Shown: positions 22,685 to 33,641, numbered from the stretch's first letter. The stretch: 64,000 nucleotides of DNA from Alphaproteobacteria bacterium (GCA_031400895.1 JANNQT010000176.1:3-64002); one strand, 5' to 3'. Made by a program: numbers and translations. The notes: a model not told the origin generated them from the letters alone.

Positions 22685-22740
22685 GCGCCGCAACGGATGG
22701 CTCGCCTAGAGCGGCATTTTCGGCTATGAAGCGCGCCCTA

Positions 22741-24711
22741 ATGAGCACCCAGAACGCATACGACGTCATCGTCATCGGCGGCGGCCACGCCGGCTGCGAG
22801 GCCGCCGCCGCCGCCGCGCGGCTGGGCGCACGCACGCTGCTCATCACCCACAAGCTCGAGACCATCGGCGAGATGAGCTGCAACCCCGCCATCGGCGGGC
22901 TCGGGAAGGGCCATCTGGTTCGCGAGATCGATGCGCTCGATGGGGTGATGGGTCGCGTCGCCGATGCCGCTGGCATCCAATTCCGGCTGCTGAACCGCTC
23001 CAAGGGCCCCGCCGTACGCGGACCGCGGGCGCAGTCGGACCGCAAGCTCTACCGCCAGGCCATGCAGGCGGCGCTGGCGGAGCAGGCCGGGCTGACAATA
23101 ATCCAAGCCAGCGTTGAGGACCTCACACGCCACACTTCCCCGGACGCCGCAGGCGATCCGCGGCCCATGGATGGGGCGAACTCTGGCGGTGACGGACCCG
23201 GCCTCATCATAGGCCCCGGGTTCGCCGCTGTGCGCCGCCCTGGGGAGCGGGTGGCGGGCGTTATGTGCGCCGACGGCCGCGAGTTCCTCGCGCCGCGCGT
23301 GGTGCTGACCACCGGCACGTTCCTCAAGGGCGTCATCCATATCGGCGACAAGCGCATACCCGCCGGCCGACACGGCGAGGCGCCGGCGATCGGGCTGTCG
23401 GAGCGCCTGTACGGCGCGGGCTTCGCAATGGGGCGGTTGAAGACGGGCACGCCAGCGCGGCTGGATTCAAACACGATCGATTGGGCCGCGCTCGAACTGC
23501 AGCACGGCGATGAAGAGCCCTCGCCGTTTTCGTTCCTCAGCTCGCGCATCACCAACAGGCAAGTGCCGTGCGGCGTCACCTACACCAACGCCAAGACCCA
23601 CCGCATCATCGAAGACTCGCTCTCGCAAAGCGCGGTGTATTCGGGTGCGATCAGCGGCAGAGGCCCGCGCTATTGCCCCTCGATCGAGGACAAGGTCGTG
23701 CGCTTCGCCGACAAAAGCGCGCATCAGATTTTCCTTGAACCAGAAGGTTTGGACGACGACACGATCTATCCGAACGGCATCAGCACCTCGCTGCCGGAGG
23801 AGGTGCAAGAACGCTTCATTCGCACTATTGCCGGCTTGGAGAACGTACGCATAAAGCGCCACGCCTACGCGATCGAATACGATTACGTGGATCCGCGCGA
23901 ATTGCTGCCAACACTGGAAACCAAGCGCATCGCCGGGCTCTATCTCGCGGGGCAAATCAACGGCACTACCGGCTACGAAGAAGCCGCCGCGCAAGGCTTG
24001 ATCGCCGGGCTTAACGCGGCGCGCGCGGCGAGTGGGGCGGGGCCGTTCGAGATCAGCCGCGCGGAAGGCTATATCGGCGTGATGATCGATGACCTGGTCA
24101 CACGCGGCGTCACCGAGCCCTATCGCATGTTCACCTCGCGCGCCGAGTATCGCCTCAGCTTGCGCGCTGACAACGCTGACCAGCGGTTGACGCCAATGGG
24201 CGTTTCGCTTGGCTGCGTCGGCGCCGAACGGTCGCGTGTTTTCGCGGTGAAGATGCGGGAAATAGAGGCGGCGCGAGCCTTGGCGCGTTCGTTGTCGCTG
24301 ACGCCCGCGCATGCAGCCAAGCTTGGCTTGCAAGTAAATCAGGACGGCGTGCGGCGCGATGCGCTGCAATTGCTGGCGTGCCCGAACGTGAGCCTTGAGC
24401 GCCTGCGCGAGGTTTGGCCACAGCTCGGCGCGCTGTCGAAGCAGGCGCGCGAGCAGATCGAGATCGATGCGATGTACGCGGGCTATCTCGAGCGTCAGGC
24501 CGAGGACGTGGCGGCGTTCAAGCGCGACGAGGATCTGCGCCTCGATCCGGCGCTGGATTATACGCGTATCGGCGGCCTTTCCAGCGAAGTGCGTGAGAAG
24601 CTCGCGCACGCCAGGCCGTTAACCTTGGGCCAGGCCTCGCGCATCGAGGGCGTGACCGCGGGCGCACTTACGGCCTTGCTGGCGCATGTGAAGCGAAGAA
24701 AGCGGGCTTAA
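22741..24711 (+). CDS. mnmG: tRNA uridine 5-carboxymethylaminomethyl modification enzyme MnmG (GidA), with an in-frame palindromic insertion
   Basis: [51 protein letters not shown]. Confidence 0.98.
   Translation: MSTQNAYDVIVIGGGHAGCEAAAAAARLGARTLLITHKLETIGEMSCNPAIGGLGKGHLVREIDALDGVMGRVADAAGIQFRLLNRSKGPAVRGPRAQSDRKLYRQAMQAALAEQAGLTIIQASVEDLTRHTSPDAAGDPRPMDGANSGGDGPGLIIGPGFAAVRRPGERVAGVMCADGREFLAPRVVLTTGTFLKGVIHIGDKRIPAGRHGEAPAIGLSERLYGAGFAMGRLKTGTPARLDSNTIDWAALELQHGDEEPSPFSFLSSRITNRQVPCGVTYTNAKTHRIIEDSLSQSAVYSGAISGRGPRYCPSIEDKVVRFADKSAHQIFLEPEGLDDDTIYPNGISTSLPEEVQERFIRTIAGLENVRIKRHAYAIEYDYVDPRELLPTLETKRIAGLYLAGQINGTTGYEEAAAQGLIAGLNAARAASGAGPFEISRAEGYIGVMIDDLVTRGVTEPYRMFTSRAEYRLSLRADNADQRLTPMGVSLGCVGAERSRVFAVKMREIEAARALARSLSLTPAHAAKLGLQVNQDGVRRDALQLLACPNVSLERLREVWPQLGALSKQAREQIEIDAMYAGYLERQAEDVAAFKRDEDLRLDPALDYTRIGGLSSEVREKLAHARPLTLGQASRIEGVTAGALTALLAHVKRRKRA
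23128..23256. repeat. ~129-bp palindromic element inside mnmG, inverted relative to the mnmE copy
   Basis: Imperfect outer IR CGCCACACTTCCCC/GGGGAGCGGGTGGCG and an inner IR; the reverse complement of 23212-23242 matches 22251-22281 at 28 of 31 positions. Confidence 0.8.
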
Positions 24712-24714
24712 GTT

Positions 24715-25062
24715 ATGCGCGACACGCTGTTTCTGATCCGCGCGCCGTTCGAGGATTCGACCCACGGCGAGGGCGCAACCTGGTATTGCCACGATTGCGC
24801 AGCGATCGAGGGGGCGCTGCTGGTCAACGCGCAATGGCTGCGCTCGATCGATGCGCGCCGGCTGGCGTATCCGCGTCCGCGCCACGAATTGATCGCGCTG
24901 ATCGGGGAGGAGAACCAGGGCATGCCGGTGCTGGTGCTGGGCGATTCCAGCGCGGCGCCCGCCGGCGCCGCACGCTTCGGCAAGCGCGCCTTCCTTGCCG
25001 ATCCACGCGCCATCGTGCGGTATCTCGCTGCCACTTATGGCGGAGCGGGGCCGCACCCGTGA
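24715..25062 (+). CDS. DUF3088-type protein
   Basis: RDTLFL..PF.D, WYCHDC..IEG, YPRPR, GEENQGMPVLVL. Confidence 0.75.
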   Translation: MRDTLFLIRAPFEDSTHGEGATWYCHDCAAIEGALLVNAQWLRSIDARRLAYPRPRHELIALIGEENQGMPVLVLGDSSAAPAGAARFGKRAFLADPRAIVRYLAATYGGAGPHP

Positions 25063-25694
25063 GCGAGGCCTATGGTCGCGCCGAGTTCGAGCGCGATATT
25101 GGCGTTTCACGCGAAACGTCCGAGCGACTTGAGACCCACCGCAGGCTGCTGGGCGAGTGGTCGGTGCGCGTGAACCTGGTGGGGCCACGCGAGATCGAGG
25201 CCTATTGGCGCCGGCATGCGCTCGATTGCGCACAATTGCTGCAGCTTGCGCCGGGGGCGCTGCACTGGGTAGATCTCGGTTCGGGGGCAGGGTTTCCAGG
25301 CATCGTTGTTGCCAGCTTGCTGGCGGATTTGCCAGGCGTGAGCGTTCATCTTGTTGAGGCTACGAGCAAAAAGTGTGATTTTCTGCACGCGGTGATCGCC
25401 GAGGCGCGGCTGCCGGCTAAGGTTTTCAACAGCCGCGTCGAGGCCTTCGGCGAGGGGGAGGGACGCTACGACGTGGTCACCGCCCGTGCGCTCGCGCCCT
25501 TGCCGCGACTCATCTCCCATGCGAAGCCGTTTTTGGATCGCGGCGCGCAAGGGCTGTTCCACAAAGGCGCTGATTTCGACGCCGAACTGGCCGCCGCGAA
25601 GCAGGCGCTCGATCGTGGGGCGTACCGGGCGGAAGTGGTGCAAAGCCTGAGCGACCGGCGCGGCCGCATTGTTCGCATCGCCAAGGCCGCCTGA
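25059..25694 (+). CDS. rsmG: 16S rRNA m7G527 methyltransferase RsmG
   Basis: WVDLGSGAGFPG, VTARALAPL; GTG start overlapping the upstream stop. Confidence 0.95.
   Translation: MSEAYGRAEFERDIGVSRETSERLETHRRLLGEWSVRVNLVGPREIEAYWRRHALDCAQLLQLAPGALHWVDLGSGAGFPGIVVASLLADLPGVSVHLVEATSKKCDFLHAVIAEARLPAKVFNSRVEAFGEGEGRYDVVTARALAPLPRLISHAKPFLDRGAQGLFHKGADFDAELAAAKQALDRGAYRAEVVQSLSDRRGRIVRIAKAA
25103..25118. promoter_or_regulatory. parS site within rsmG (VSRET codons)
   Basis: CGTTTCACGCGAAACG. Confidence 0.8.
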
Positions 25695-25722
25695 GGCGTC
25701 GGCGAGAATTTGGAGAAGCGAC

Positions 25723-26511
25723 ATGCGGGTATTGGCGATCGCCAATCAGAAGGGCGGGGTGGGCAAGACCACCACCGCCATCAATCTCGGCACCGCGCTG
25801 GCGGCGACCGGCAAGAACGTGCTGATTTTCGACACCGACCCGCAAGGCAACGCCTCCACCGGCATCGACATCCGGCCGCAGCACCGCGCCGTCACTTCCT
25901 ATGACGTGCTGGCCGGGGCGCAGCCTTTCGCCAACGCCATTATGCCGACGAAAGTGCCGAACTTGTACATCATTCCCGCCGACGCCAACCTCTCCGGCGT
26001 CGAGACCGAATTGATGTCCGGCACACGCGCGCAATTCCGTTTGCGCGACGCGCTGGCGCAATATCGCGCGGCCAATGAGCTGAAAATCGATTATGTGATG
26101 ATCGATTGCCCGCCCTCGCTCAATGTGCTGACGGTCAACGCGCTAACCGCCGCCGACGCGGTGCTGGTGCCGCTGCAGACCGAATATTTTGCGCTCGAGG
26201 GCCTGGCGCAATTGGTGTCCACCATCGAGACGGTTAAGCAGAATCTGAACCCCGCGCTCGAAATCCAAGGCGTGGTGCTGACCATGTACGACAAGCGCAC
26301 CACGCTCTCGGAGCAGGTGGCCGAGGAGGTGCGCAAGCATTTCCCGGACAAGGTCTACGAGACCGTGATCCCGCGCAACGTGCGCATCAGCGAAGCGCCC
26401 TCGCACGGCTTGCCGGCGATTATCTACGATCCGACCGCGGCCGGCTCGAAGGCTTATGTCCGCCTGGCCAAGGAGCTGATCGAGCGCGAACGGCAATTGC
26501 TGGCGGCGTAG
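25723..26511 (+). CDS. parA: Chromosome partitioning ATPase ParA
   Basis: ANQKGGVGKTTT, DPQGNAS, IDCPPSL, IPRNVRISEAPSHG. Confidence 0.97.
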   Translation: MRVLAIANQKGGVGKTTTAINLGTALAATGKNVLIFDTDPQGNASTGIDIRPQHRAVTSYDVLAGAQPFANAIMPTKVPNLYIIPADANLSGVETELMSGTRAQFRLRDALAQYRAANELKIDYVMIDCPPSLNVLTVNALTAADAVLVPLQTEYFALEGLAQLVSTIETVKQNLNPALEIQGVVLTMYDKRTTLSEQVAEEVRKHFPDKVYETVIPRNVRISEAPSHGLPAIIYDPTAAGSKAYVRLAKELIERERQLLAA

Positions 26512-26590
26512 GGCGGCAATTTTTACCCGGCGGTAACAATTGCCTAGCGAAGGTTTAACGCGAGCGAATCGGTTCGCCGGGAGTCTGCGA

Positions 26591-27535
26591 ATGAGCGATG
26601 CCAAACCACGGGGCCTGGGCAGGGGCCTGTCGGCGCTGTTGGGCGAGCCGGTGCGGACCGAGGCGGCGACGCCGGCCGCGGCCTGGGGCAACCGCAATGT
26701 GGTCGACATGCAGGCTGCCCCGCCGCAAGCCGCCGCCGAGCCTGGTCCGCGTGCGCTGCCGATCGAACTGATCAGCCGCAATCCGCAGCAGCCACGCAAG
26801 CATTTCGACGAGGACGAGCTCACCCAACTCGCCAGCTCGATCCGCACCCACGGCGTCTTGCAGGCGATCCTGGTGCGCCCACTCAGCGGCGGCAAGTACG
26901 AGATCGTCGCCGGCGAGCGCCGCTGGCGCGCCGCCCAGCGGGCAGGGCTGCACGCGATCCCCGCCATCGTTCGCGAGCTGAACGAGGTTGAGGTGCTTGA
27001 GATCTCGATCATCGAGAATGTGCAGCGCACCGATCTCAATCCGATCGAGGAGGCGCAAGGCTTCCAGGCGCTGATCGACCGCTTCGGGCGCACGCAATTG
27101 GAGATCGCCGAGGCGGTCGGCAAGTCACGCCCGCACATCGCCAATTTGCTGCGGCTGTTGTCGCTGCCGGAGGATCTGCAAGACATGGTGCGCGACGGGC
27201 GGCTCTCGGCTGGCCACGCGCGCGCCATCCTCACCGCGCCCAATCCGCACGCGCTGGCGCAGCGTGTGCTGAACGAGGGCCTCAATGTGCGCGAGATCGA
27301 GCGGCTGGCGCAGCAGGCCAAGGACGAAAAACACGGCCCCCGCGTCCCCGCCGCCGGCTACGAGACCAAGGGCGCCAAGAGCGCCGACACCCGGGCGCTG
27401 GAAGAGAGCCTGGCCAACGCGCTCGGGCTCGAAGTGCGGATCGCCGAGAAGGGCGGGGCGGGGGAGCTGAGAATCTCGTACAAGACGCTCGAACAGCTCG
27501 ACGACATCATCCGCCGCCTGCGCGGCGGGCTCTAA
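26591..27535 (+). CDS. parB: Chromosome partitioning protein ParB
   Basis: GLGRGLSALLG, IVAGERRWRA, IENVQR.DLNPIEEA, HTH GKSRPHIAN. Confidence 0.97.
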   Translation: MSDAKPRGLGRGLSALLGEPVRTEAATPAAAWGNRNVVDMQAAPPQAAAEPGPRALPIELISRNPQQPRKHFDEDELTQLASSIRTHGVLQAILVRPLSGGKYEIVAGERRWRAAQRAGLHAIPAIVRELNEVEVLEISIIENVQRTDLNPIEEAQGFQALIDRFGRTQLEIAEAVGKSRPHIANLLRLLSLPEDLQDMVRDGRLSAGHARAILTAPNPHALAQRVLNEGLNVREIERLAQQAKDEKHGPRVPAAGYETKGAKSADTRALEESLANALGLEVRIAEKGGAGELRISYKTLEQLDDIIRRLRGGL

Positions 27536-27538
27536 GTT

Positions 27539-27561
27539 TCCCCCCCGCAAGGGGAGGGGGA
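27539..27561. terminator. GC hairpin between convergent parB and holA
   Basis: TCCCCCCC-GCAA-GGGGAGGGGGA; no long U-tract. Confidence 0.35.
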
Positions 27562-27562
27562 G

Positions 27563-28588
27563 CTATCCCCCCACCAGCTTCGCCACGCCGCGATAGGCAT
27601 CCGCGGCGATTAGCTCTTGCGGTGCGCCGGCGGTCTTGGCGCGGAGTTCGGCGGCCCAGAGCGTGTCGAAGGCGGCGCTGAGTTTCTTGGCGTTCCACAA
27701 GCGCGCTTGCGCGGCGACCGCGTCGCGTTCTTTCCAGAACACTGGTGGGCGCAGTTTGGCGATGGCGTCGCTGGGGCTCATGCCCTGGTCGATCAGCGCG
27801 CGCGCGTCGCGCAGCTGGTGCAGCCGCCGCAGCAGCGCCCGCAGCGCCGACACGCCCGAGACCGCGTCGATCCGCGCCAACGCTTCCACCGCTTGCGCGG
27901 CGCGTCCTTGCGCGGCAGCGAGGCTGGCGGCATCGAGCGCGCTTTCCGCTTCGCTGGCCAGGAGCTGGGCGAGGTCGTCCTCGCTGAGCGGGCGGCCGAG
28001 TTCGTGGGCAAAGAGCGCGAGCTTTTCCAGTTCGCATTTGGCGAGGCCGCGGTCAGAGGGGAGGGCCGCAAGCAGCGCTTCTTCCGCTCCGCGCCCGAAC
28101 GTCAGCCCGAGCTGCTTGGACTTCGCTTTGGCGTAAGCGCCGCGCTCGGCCTCGGTGGCTTCGTAGAAGGCGATTGCCGCAGCGTGCTTGGCGGCCTCGA
28201 AGGCCTTCACCAGCTCAGCCTTGGCGCCGAGATCGCTGGCTTCCACAATCAAATAACCGCCGGGCTCGCCGCGCTCGAGGCCGGCCAGCGCGTCAAGGAT
28301 AGCAGGGTCGGCGGCTTTGCCGTCGACCCTGGCCCAGACGATGGTCGGCCCGCCTAGCAGCGATTGCGCGGCGAGCGCATCGGCCAGCCGCGCGGAATCG
28401 CGCTTGATCTCGTCCTCGCCCAGCTTGGTAATGGCGTAGGGATCGTCGGACTTGCCCAGCGCCCAGGCGGCCAGCGTCTGCGCCGCCTCGTGCACGAAGC
28501 TCTCGTTGGGACCGTGCAGCAGGGCGGCGCGGAGGGCTTTGTCGGGCGCGTCGAGGAAGCGTCGAATGCCGGCGCTGGCGATCTTCAC
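27563..28588 (-). CDS. holA: DNA polymerase III delta subunit
   Basis: LLHGPNE, SLLGG, ELEKLALF, PPVFWK; leuS-lptE-holA synteny. Confidence 0.92.
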   Translation of the reverse strand: MKIASAGIRRFLDAPDKALRAALLHGPNESFVHEAAQTLAAWALGKSDDPYAITKLGEDEIKRDSARLADALAAQSLLGGPTIVWARVDGKAADPAILDALAGLERGEPGGYLIVEASDLGAKAELVKAFEAAKHAAAIAFYEATEAERGAYAKAKSKQLGLTFGRGAEEALLAALPSDRGLAKCELEKLALFAHELGRPLSEDDLAQLLASEAESALDAASLAAAQGRAAQAVEALARIDAVSGVSALRALLRRLHQLRDARALIDQGMSPSDAIAKLRPPVFWKERDAVAAQARLWNAKKLSAAFDTLWAAELRAKTAGAPQELIAADAYRGVAKLVGG

Positions 28589-29073
28589 TGCGCAGCGGCG
28601 CCTGCGCGCGTCTGCGCCATGCGCAGCGCCAGTTCGGCGCGGAAGCGCTGCGCCATGGTCTCCGCCGCCCGCTCGCGGGCGTCGTCCTGGGCGGCGATTT
28701 CACCAAAAGCGGCGGTGGGTATATCGAAATTCACCACCGTCGACACCGTGCCGCGGAGCGCTCGCCCGCCATTGGCCGGGGTCAGCACATAATTGGCGAC
28801 CAGCCGCAATTCGCCCCGCGTGGCGGATTCGTCGCGCCGCAGGCCGAGACGCGTGACCTGTTCTTCCAGCGTAATCTCCAGCGCCGCCGGCGTTCCGCCA
28901 TTGGCCTCCACCGCCAGCAGGCGGTCGAGCTCGGTCTTCAGCACATGGCCGGCTTTGCCGTCGATCTGCGCGACCTGCACCGGGCCGATGGCCGCGCCAT
29001 GACCCTGGGAATACATGGGCTGAAAGCCGCAGGCGGCCACGAGCAGGGCAAGACTGGCGATCAACAGGCGCAT
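28585..29073 (-). CDS. lptE: LPS assembly lipoprotein LptE
   Basis: LVAACGFQPMY lipobox; lies between leuS and holA. Confidence 0.85.
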   Translation of the reverse strand: MRLLIASLALLVAACGFQPMYSQGHGAAIGPVQVAQIDGKAGHVLKTELDRLLAVEANGGTPAALEITLEEQVTRLGLRRDESATRGELRLVANYVLTPANGGRALRGTVSTVVNFDIPTAAFGEIAAQDDARERAAETMAQRFRAELALRMAQTRAGAAAQ

Positions 29074-29089
29074 CGAGCTTCTCCAGACG

Positions 29090-31840
29090 CTATCCGGCGA
29101 CGATATTCACGATCCGGTCGGGAACGACAATGATCTTGCGGATATTTTGCCCGTCGAGGAAACGCTTCACGTCCTCATGGGCGAGGGCGGCGGCTTCAAT
29201 TTCCTTTCGCGGCAACCCCTTGGCCACCTCGATCTCGCCGCGTTTCTTGCCGTTGACCTGGATCGGCAGCGTCACCGTGGTTCGCGCCGCCAGGGCGGGG
29301 TCGGCTTTCGGCCAGGGCGCGGTGGCAACGAAGGGCTCAAAGCCGAGCCTCTCCCAGCACTCCTCGGCCAGGTGCGGCATGAACGGGGCGATCAGTTGGG
29401 AGAGGATGCGCAAGGCTTCGCCGCGCGCGAACTGGCCGGCCGGGCTATCGTCCTTCAGCTTGGCGATGGAATTGACCAGTTCGTAACAGCGCGCCACCGC
29501 CACATTGAAGCGGAAATGCTCGATATCCTCAGTGACGCTGGCGACGGCGCGGTGCGCGAGCTGGCGCAGCGCGTGGGCGTCGGTCTCCGTCGGGGGAGGG
29601 GCCTCGGCTGGCTTAGGCGGTTGCCCATGCGCATCAACCAGCGTCCAAACCCGCTGCACAAAGCCCCACGCGCCTTTGACGCCGGAGGCCGTCCACTCCA
29701 CATCGCGCTCGGGCGGGGAATCGGAGAGCACAAACCAGCGCGCAACATCAGCGCCGAAATCGGTGACGAACGCATCGAGGTCGACGACGTTCTTCTTGGA
29801 CTTCGACATTTTTTCGATCGGGCCGACATCGACTTCGATGTCGGTGCCACGCTCGAAAGCCGCGCCGTCACGAAACTCCACTTCGTCCGGTAGCAGCCAG
29901 AGCTGATCGACCTTGTAAGGAGCTTCCGGATTCTCACTGGTTGCAAATCCTGACAGCGGAAATCCGGTGGCTGTTTCGATCATGTACTCGCCACCGATCT
30001 GGATTTCCTCCCTTCGCAAGAATCTCAGCTTTCGCCTGTACGTCTCGTGCACCACCATGCCTTGCGTGAACAAGCTCGCGAACGGTTCGCCGCTGGGCAA
30101 ATCCAGATAGCCGCAATCGCGCATCGCGCGGGTGAAGAAGCGGGCGTAGAGCAGGTGCAGCACGGCGTGCTCGACACCGCCGACATATTGATCGACCGGC
30201 AGCCAGTACGACGCGAGCTTCTTGTCGAACGGCGCGGATTCATTGTGCGCATCGGTGAAGCGCGCGAAATACCAGGATGAATCCACGAACGTATCGAGCG
30301 TATCGGTTTCGCGCTGCGCATCGGCGCCGCACGTGGGGCACTTCGTGTGCTTCCAGGTCGGATGGCGGTCCAGTGGGTTGCCGGGCTTGTCGCGTTCGAA
30401 GGTGACATCCTCCGGCAACTGGATCGGCAAATCTTTTTCCGGAACCGGAACCACACCGCACTTGCCGCAATGGATCGCCGGAATCGGGCAGCCCCAATAA
30501 CGTTGCCGTGACACGCCCCAATCGCGCAGCCGATATTGCGTGGTCGCTTCGCCGGCGCCGAGCCTTACTAATTCTTCAATCGCGCGCGTGATCGCGTCCT
30601 TGGTTGGGAGTCCATCGAGGAAGCGCGAATTGTAGATCACGCCGTCGTCGGTGAAGGCTTCTTTCTCGACTTTGTAGGTCGCCGCGTCCGCGCCCGGCGG
30701 CAACACAACCGGCTTGAACGGCAGTTTGTACTTGTTGGCGAAGTCTAGATCGCGCTGATCGCCGGCGGGGGAGCCGAAGATCGCGCCGGTTCCATAAGTC
30801 GAGAGCACAAAGTTCGCCGCCCACACCGGTAATTCCCAGCTCGGATCGAACGGATGTTTCACCCGAATGCCGAGATCGATGCCGACCTTTTCGGCCTTCT
30901 CGATATCGGCTTCCGAGGTACCGTGCGTCGCGCAATCGGCGATGAACTTTGCAACGTCCGGGCGAAACCCGGCAATCGTTTTCGTCAGCGGATGATCCGG
31001 CGCCAGAGCGAGAAAACTCGCGCCGAACAACGTATCAGGCCGCGTCGTGTAAACTTCAACCGGATCGCGCGCGTGACTCTGGCCTGTCGCGGGCGACATA
31101 GCGCGCAATTGCTCGGGCACGCTTGCGATGTCCCACCAGATTTTCGCGCCCTGGCTCTTGCCGATCCAATTGCCCTGCATCAGCCGCACTTTGTCGGGCC
31201 ATTTATCCAAGCGCTGGATCGCATCCAGCAAATCGTCCGCATAAGCCGTGACGCGGAACATCCATTGTTCCAGCTCGCGCGTTTCCACGGCTGCGCCCGA
31301 GCGCCAGCCCTTGCCGTCGACCACTTGCTCGTTCGCAAGCACGGTGTTGTCGACCGGATCCCAATTCACTTTCTGTTTCTTGCGATAGACCAGGCCTTTC
31401 TTCCAAAACGCCAGGAACATCGCCTGTTGGTGTTTGTAATAGCTGGCGTCACAGGTGGCGAATTCACGCGACCAATCGATCGACAAGCCGAGCAGCTTTA
31501 GCTGCTCGCGCATCGCCGCGATGTTGTCGTAGGTCCAGCCCTTGGGATGGATGCCGCGCTCCATGGCCGCGTTTTCCGCCGGCAAGCCGAACGCATCCCA
31601 GCCCATTGGGTGCAACACATTATAGCCATTGGCGCGGCGGAAGCGTGCGATCACATCGCCCATGGCGTAATTGCGCGAATGGCCGACATGAATACGCCCG
31701 GAAGGGTAGGGGAACATTTCCAGGATGTAGGCCTTGGGTTTGCCCTTGGCCTCACCAGGCGCCAACGCGCGATCAATCGACGACGCGGCCCAGCGCTCGC
31801 GCCATTTCGGTTCGACTACGCGGTGATTGTAACGAGACAT
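29090..31840 (-). CDS. leuS: Leucine--tRNA ligase
   Basis: [41 protein letters not shown]. Confidence 0.98.
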   Translation of the reverse strand: MSRYNHRVVEPKWRERWAASSIDRALAPGEAKGKPKAYILEMFPYPSGRIHVGHSRNYAMGDVIARFRRANGYNVLHPMGWDAFGLPAENAAMERGIHPKGWTYDNIAAMREQLKLLGLSIDWSREFATCDASYYKHQQAMFLAFWKKGLVYRKKQKVNWDPVDNTVLANEQVVDGKGWRSGAAVETRELEQWMFRVTAYADDLLDAIQRLDKWPDKVRLMQGNWIGKSQGAKIWWDIASVPEQLRAMSPATGQSHARDPVEVYTTRPDTLFGASFLALAPDHPLTKTIAGFRPDVAKFIADCATHGTSEADIEKAEKVGIDLGIRVKHPFDPSWELPVWAANFVLSTYGTGAIFGSPAGDQRDLDFANKYKLPFKPVVLPPGADAATYKVEKEAFTDDGVIYNSRFLDGLPTKDAITRAIEELVRLGAGEATTQYRLRDWGVSRQRYWGCPIPAIHCGKCGVVPVPEKDLPIQLPEDVTFERDKPGNPLDRHPTWKHTKCPTCGADAQRETDTLDTFVDSSWYFARFTDAHNESAPFDKKLASYWLPVDQYVGGVEHAVLHLLYARFFTRAMRDCGYLDLPSGEPFASLFTQGMVVHETYRRKLRFLRREEIQIGGEYMIETATGFPLSGFATSENPEAPYKVDQLWLLPDEVEFRDGAAFERGTDIEVDVGPIEKMSKSKKNVVDLDAFVTDFGADVARWFVLSDSPPERDVEWTASGVKGAWGFVQRVWTLVDAHGQPPKPAEAPPPTETDAHALRQLAHRAVASVTEDIEHFRFNVAVARCYELVNSIAKLKDDSPAGQFARGEALRILSQLIAPFMPHLAEECWERLGFEPFVATAPWPKADPALAARTTVTLPIQVNGKKRGEIEVAKGLPRKEIEAAALAHEDVKRFLDGQNIRKIIVVPDRIVNIVAG

Positions 31841-31899
31841 GAATTCTCAGGAGCGCCTTGTTTGCGGGCGCTCTTGGTGGCTGCAAAAGCGCCTGGTGT

Positions 31900-32352
31900 C
31901 TAGTTGCGGGTGTTGCTCAGGCGAAGCTGGCGCGCGCGCGTCAGGATCGCGTTCTCGATCTGAATCTCGGTGTCGGCATCGACGCTTGCGTCCGCCCACA
32001 CCCCGTTCACTTGCTGCTGGCGAAAGATCGAGACGTTAAGCGCGTCGGCGCGCAAGCGCGTGTCGAGAATATAGACACTGGCCTTGAAGCGCTCGGTCGG
32101 CGTCGTCGCGTCAGAGTACCAATCGGTGATGATCACCCCGCCGAACGGATCGGCTGACAGAAGCGGCATGAAGTTCAGCGTGTCCAAGGAAGCGCGCCAG
32201 AGGAAGGAATTAACGCCGATGCCGGCTTCGCTGCCGCCTGGATTGGCGCGAGCTTGCGCTTGGCGATTGTTGCCCCCAAACATCGAGCAGGCCGAAAGCG
32301 CCAGTGCGCTCACAATGCAAACCGCGCCCTTGCAAAACCCAGCCAGCGTCAT
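31900..32352 (-). CDS. DUF3576-type lipoprotein
   Basis: LSAC lipobox; GVNSFLWRASLDTL.FMPL.SADPFGGVIITDWY. Confidence 0.85.
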   Translation of the reverse strand: MTLAGFCKGAVCIVSALALSACSMFGGNNRQAQARANPGGSEAGIGVNSFLWRASLDTLNFMPLLSADPFGGVIITDWYSDATTPTERFKASVYILDTRLRADALNVSIFRQQQVNGVWADASVDADTEIQIENAILTRARQLRLSNTRN

Positions 32353-32606
32353 CCGTGTTCCTCCGCCCTTTTCCAACCGTGACGAACCAACCGGCCCCGG
32401 CGCAGGCGCCCATATAACATGTGCCGGGACTTGGGCCAGGGGGGCGCTGCGCGGCGTTTGGGGGCGGGCGGGCGCCTTGATTTCGCCCAAGCGGGCCTGA
32501 AGCATGAGTAAAGATTTATTTGGACCTGTGTCCTAAAACTCACTGCGCACGCGACACGATTCAGGCTATAGTCTCCCATTGTAAGTGCGCGAGAGGGGAA
32601 TTTTCG

Positions 32607-33062
32607 GTGTTTAAGCCGTCCACATTGGTCATCGCCGGGGCCGCCGTCTTTGCGACGGTCGGGACCGCGCATGCCCAGGATCGGGCTGCGGTTCAGTCCG
32701 TTGGCGCCGAGGCCACTGGCGCGGCGGTACCATGGTACCAGCGATTCACCACCTCCTCGGGCGTCACCGAGACCATAACCGGCGTCGATGAGAACGACCG
32801 GCTGCCGGTCCCGGCCTGGACCGTCAGCCCGCATTGGGGCGTCACGGTCAATGTGCGCGAGGCGCAGCGGATCGAGCGGTTGCCGGAGGGCGGGCGCGGC
32901 GACCAGACCTCCGTCGGCGCCTATTACCAGTTCACCCCAAGCCTGCGCGTCGGCGGGCAATTCAGCATCGAATCGCCGCAACGGCCGGGCGCCCCGCAAG
33001 ACGAAGCCATTGGCGATGAGCCGCAAGCCGGCGTGCGGATCGAATCGGCGTTCCGCTTCTAA
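32607..33062 (+). CDS. NtrZ-like periplasmic regulatory protein
   Basis: Signal peptide; GAYYQFTPSLRVGG and C-terminal VRIESAFRF; position between DUF3576 and the thiamine-phosphate-synthase-like gene matches remembered Caulobacter synteny. Confidence 0.65.
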   Translation: MFKPSTLVIAGAAVFATVGTAHAQDRAAVQSVGAEATGAAVPWYQRFTTSSGVTETITGVDENDRLPVPAWTVSPHWGVTVNVREAQRIERLPEGGRGDQTSVGAYYQFTPSLRVGGQFSIESPQRPGAPQDEAIGDEPQAGVRIESAFRF

Positions 33063-33628
33063 GCCAGCGCCGCGACGGCCCCAATTCCCGCGAACCCACG
33101 GCCAATGAGTTGGCGCGCGTTAGATTGACTTATGCCCCCTAAGGCGATCACCGGGAGGGGTGATCGGCGCGCGATCTGGCTGGCGTGAAACAAGCCAAGC
33201 GGCGCGCGGGCCGATGCGCTGGCGGTAATGAACACCGGGCTGAGCAGGCAAGCTGCGGCGCCGGCGGCGTGCGCCAGCTGCGCGGCCTGCACGGAATGGG
33301 CGGCGGCGGTGGCTAGCCCATGGCACGCGCCGGGCAGCAGGCGCTCGGGCCAATGCACGCCGTCGGCGCTGACTCTGGCGGCAAGTTCGGGATCGGCGGC
33401 GATCAGCAGTAGCAGCCCGCGCCGCCTGCAAATGCGCGCCAGCGCGCGCGCGGTGCGGTGGCGGTCGGCGTCGCCGAAATGGCGGTAGATCAACGCCGCG
33501 CCGGCGGGCAATTGGCGCGCCGAGGCGACCGGATCGGGCGTCCGTAGAGGATCGGTCAGGAAAAATAGCGATGGCAGCGCCGGCGCGCCCGCGTCGCGGT
33601 TGAGGCGGCGGGCGAGCAAGGCTAGCAC
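33059..33628 (-). CDS. Thiamine phosphate synthase-like (ThiE/TenI) protein
   Basis: FLTDP.RTPDP, ADGVHWPE, LSPVF.TAS, VIALGGI; start uncertain. Confidence 0.8.
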   Translation of the reverse strand: MLALLARRLNRDAGAPALPSLFFLTDPLRTPDPVASARQLPAGAALIYRHFGDADRHRTARALARICRRRGLLLLIAADPELAARVSADGVHWPERLLPGACHGLATAAAHSVQAAQLAHAAGAAACLLSPVFITASASARAPLGLFHASQIARRSPLPVIALGGISQSNARQLIGRGFAGIGAVAALA

Positions 33629-33641
33629 TTGGGCGGAAGAG

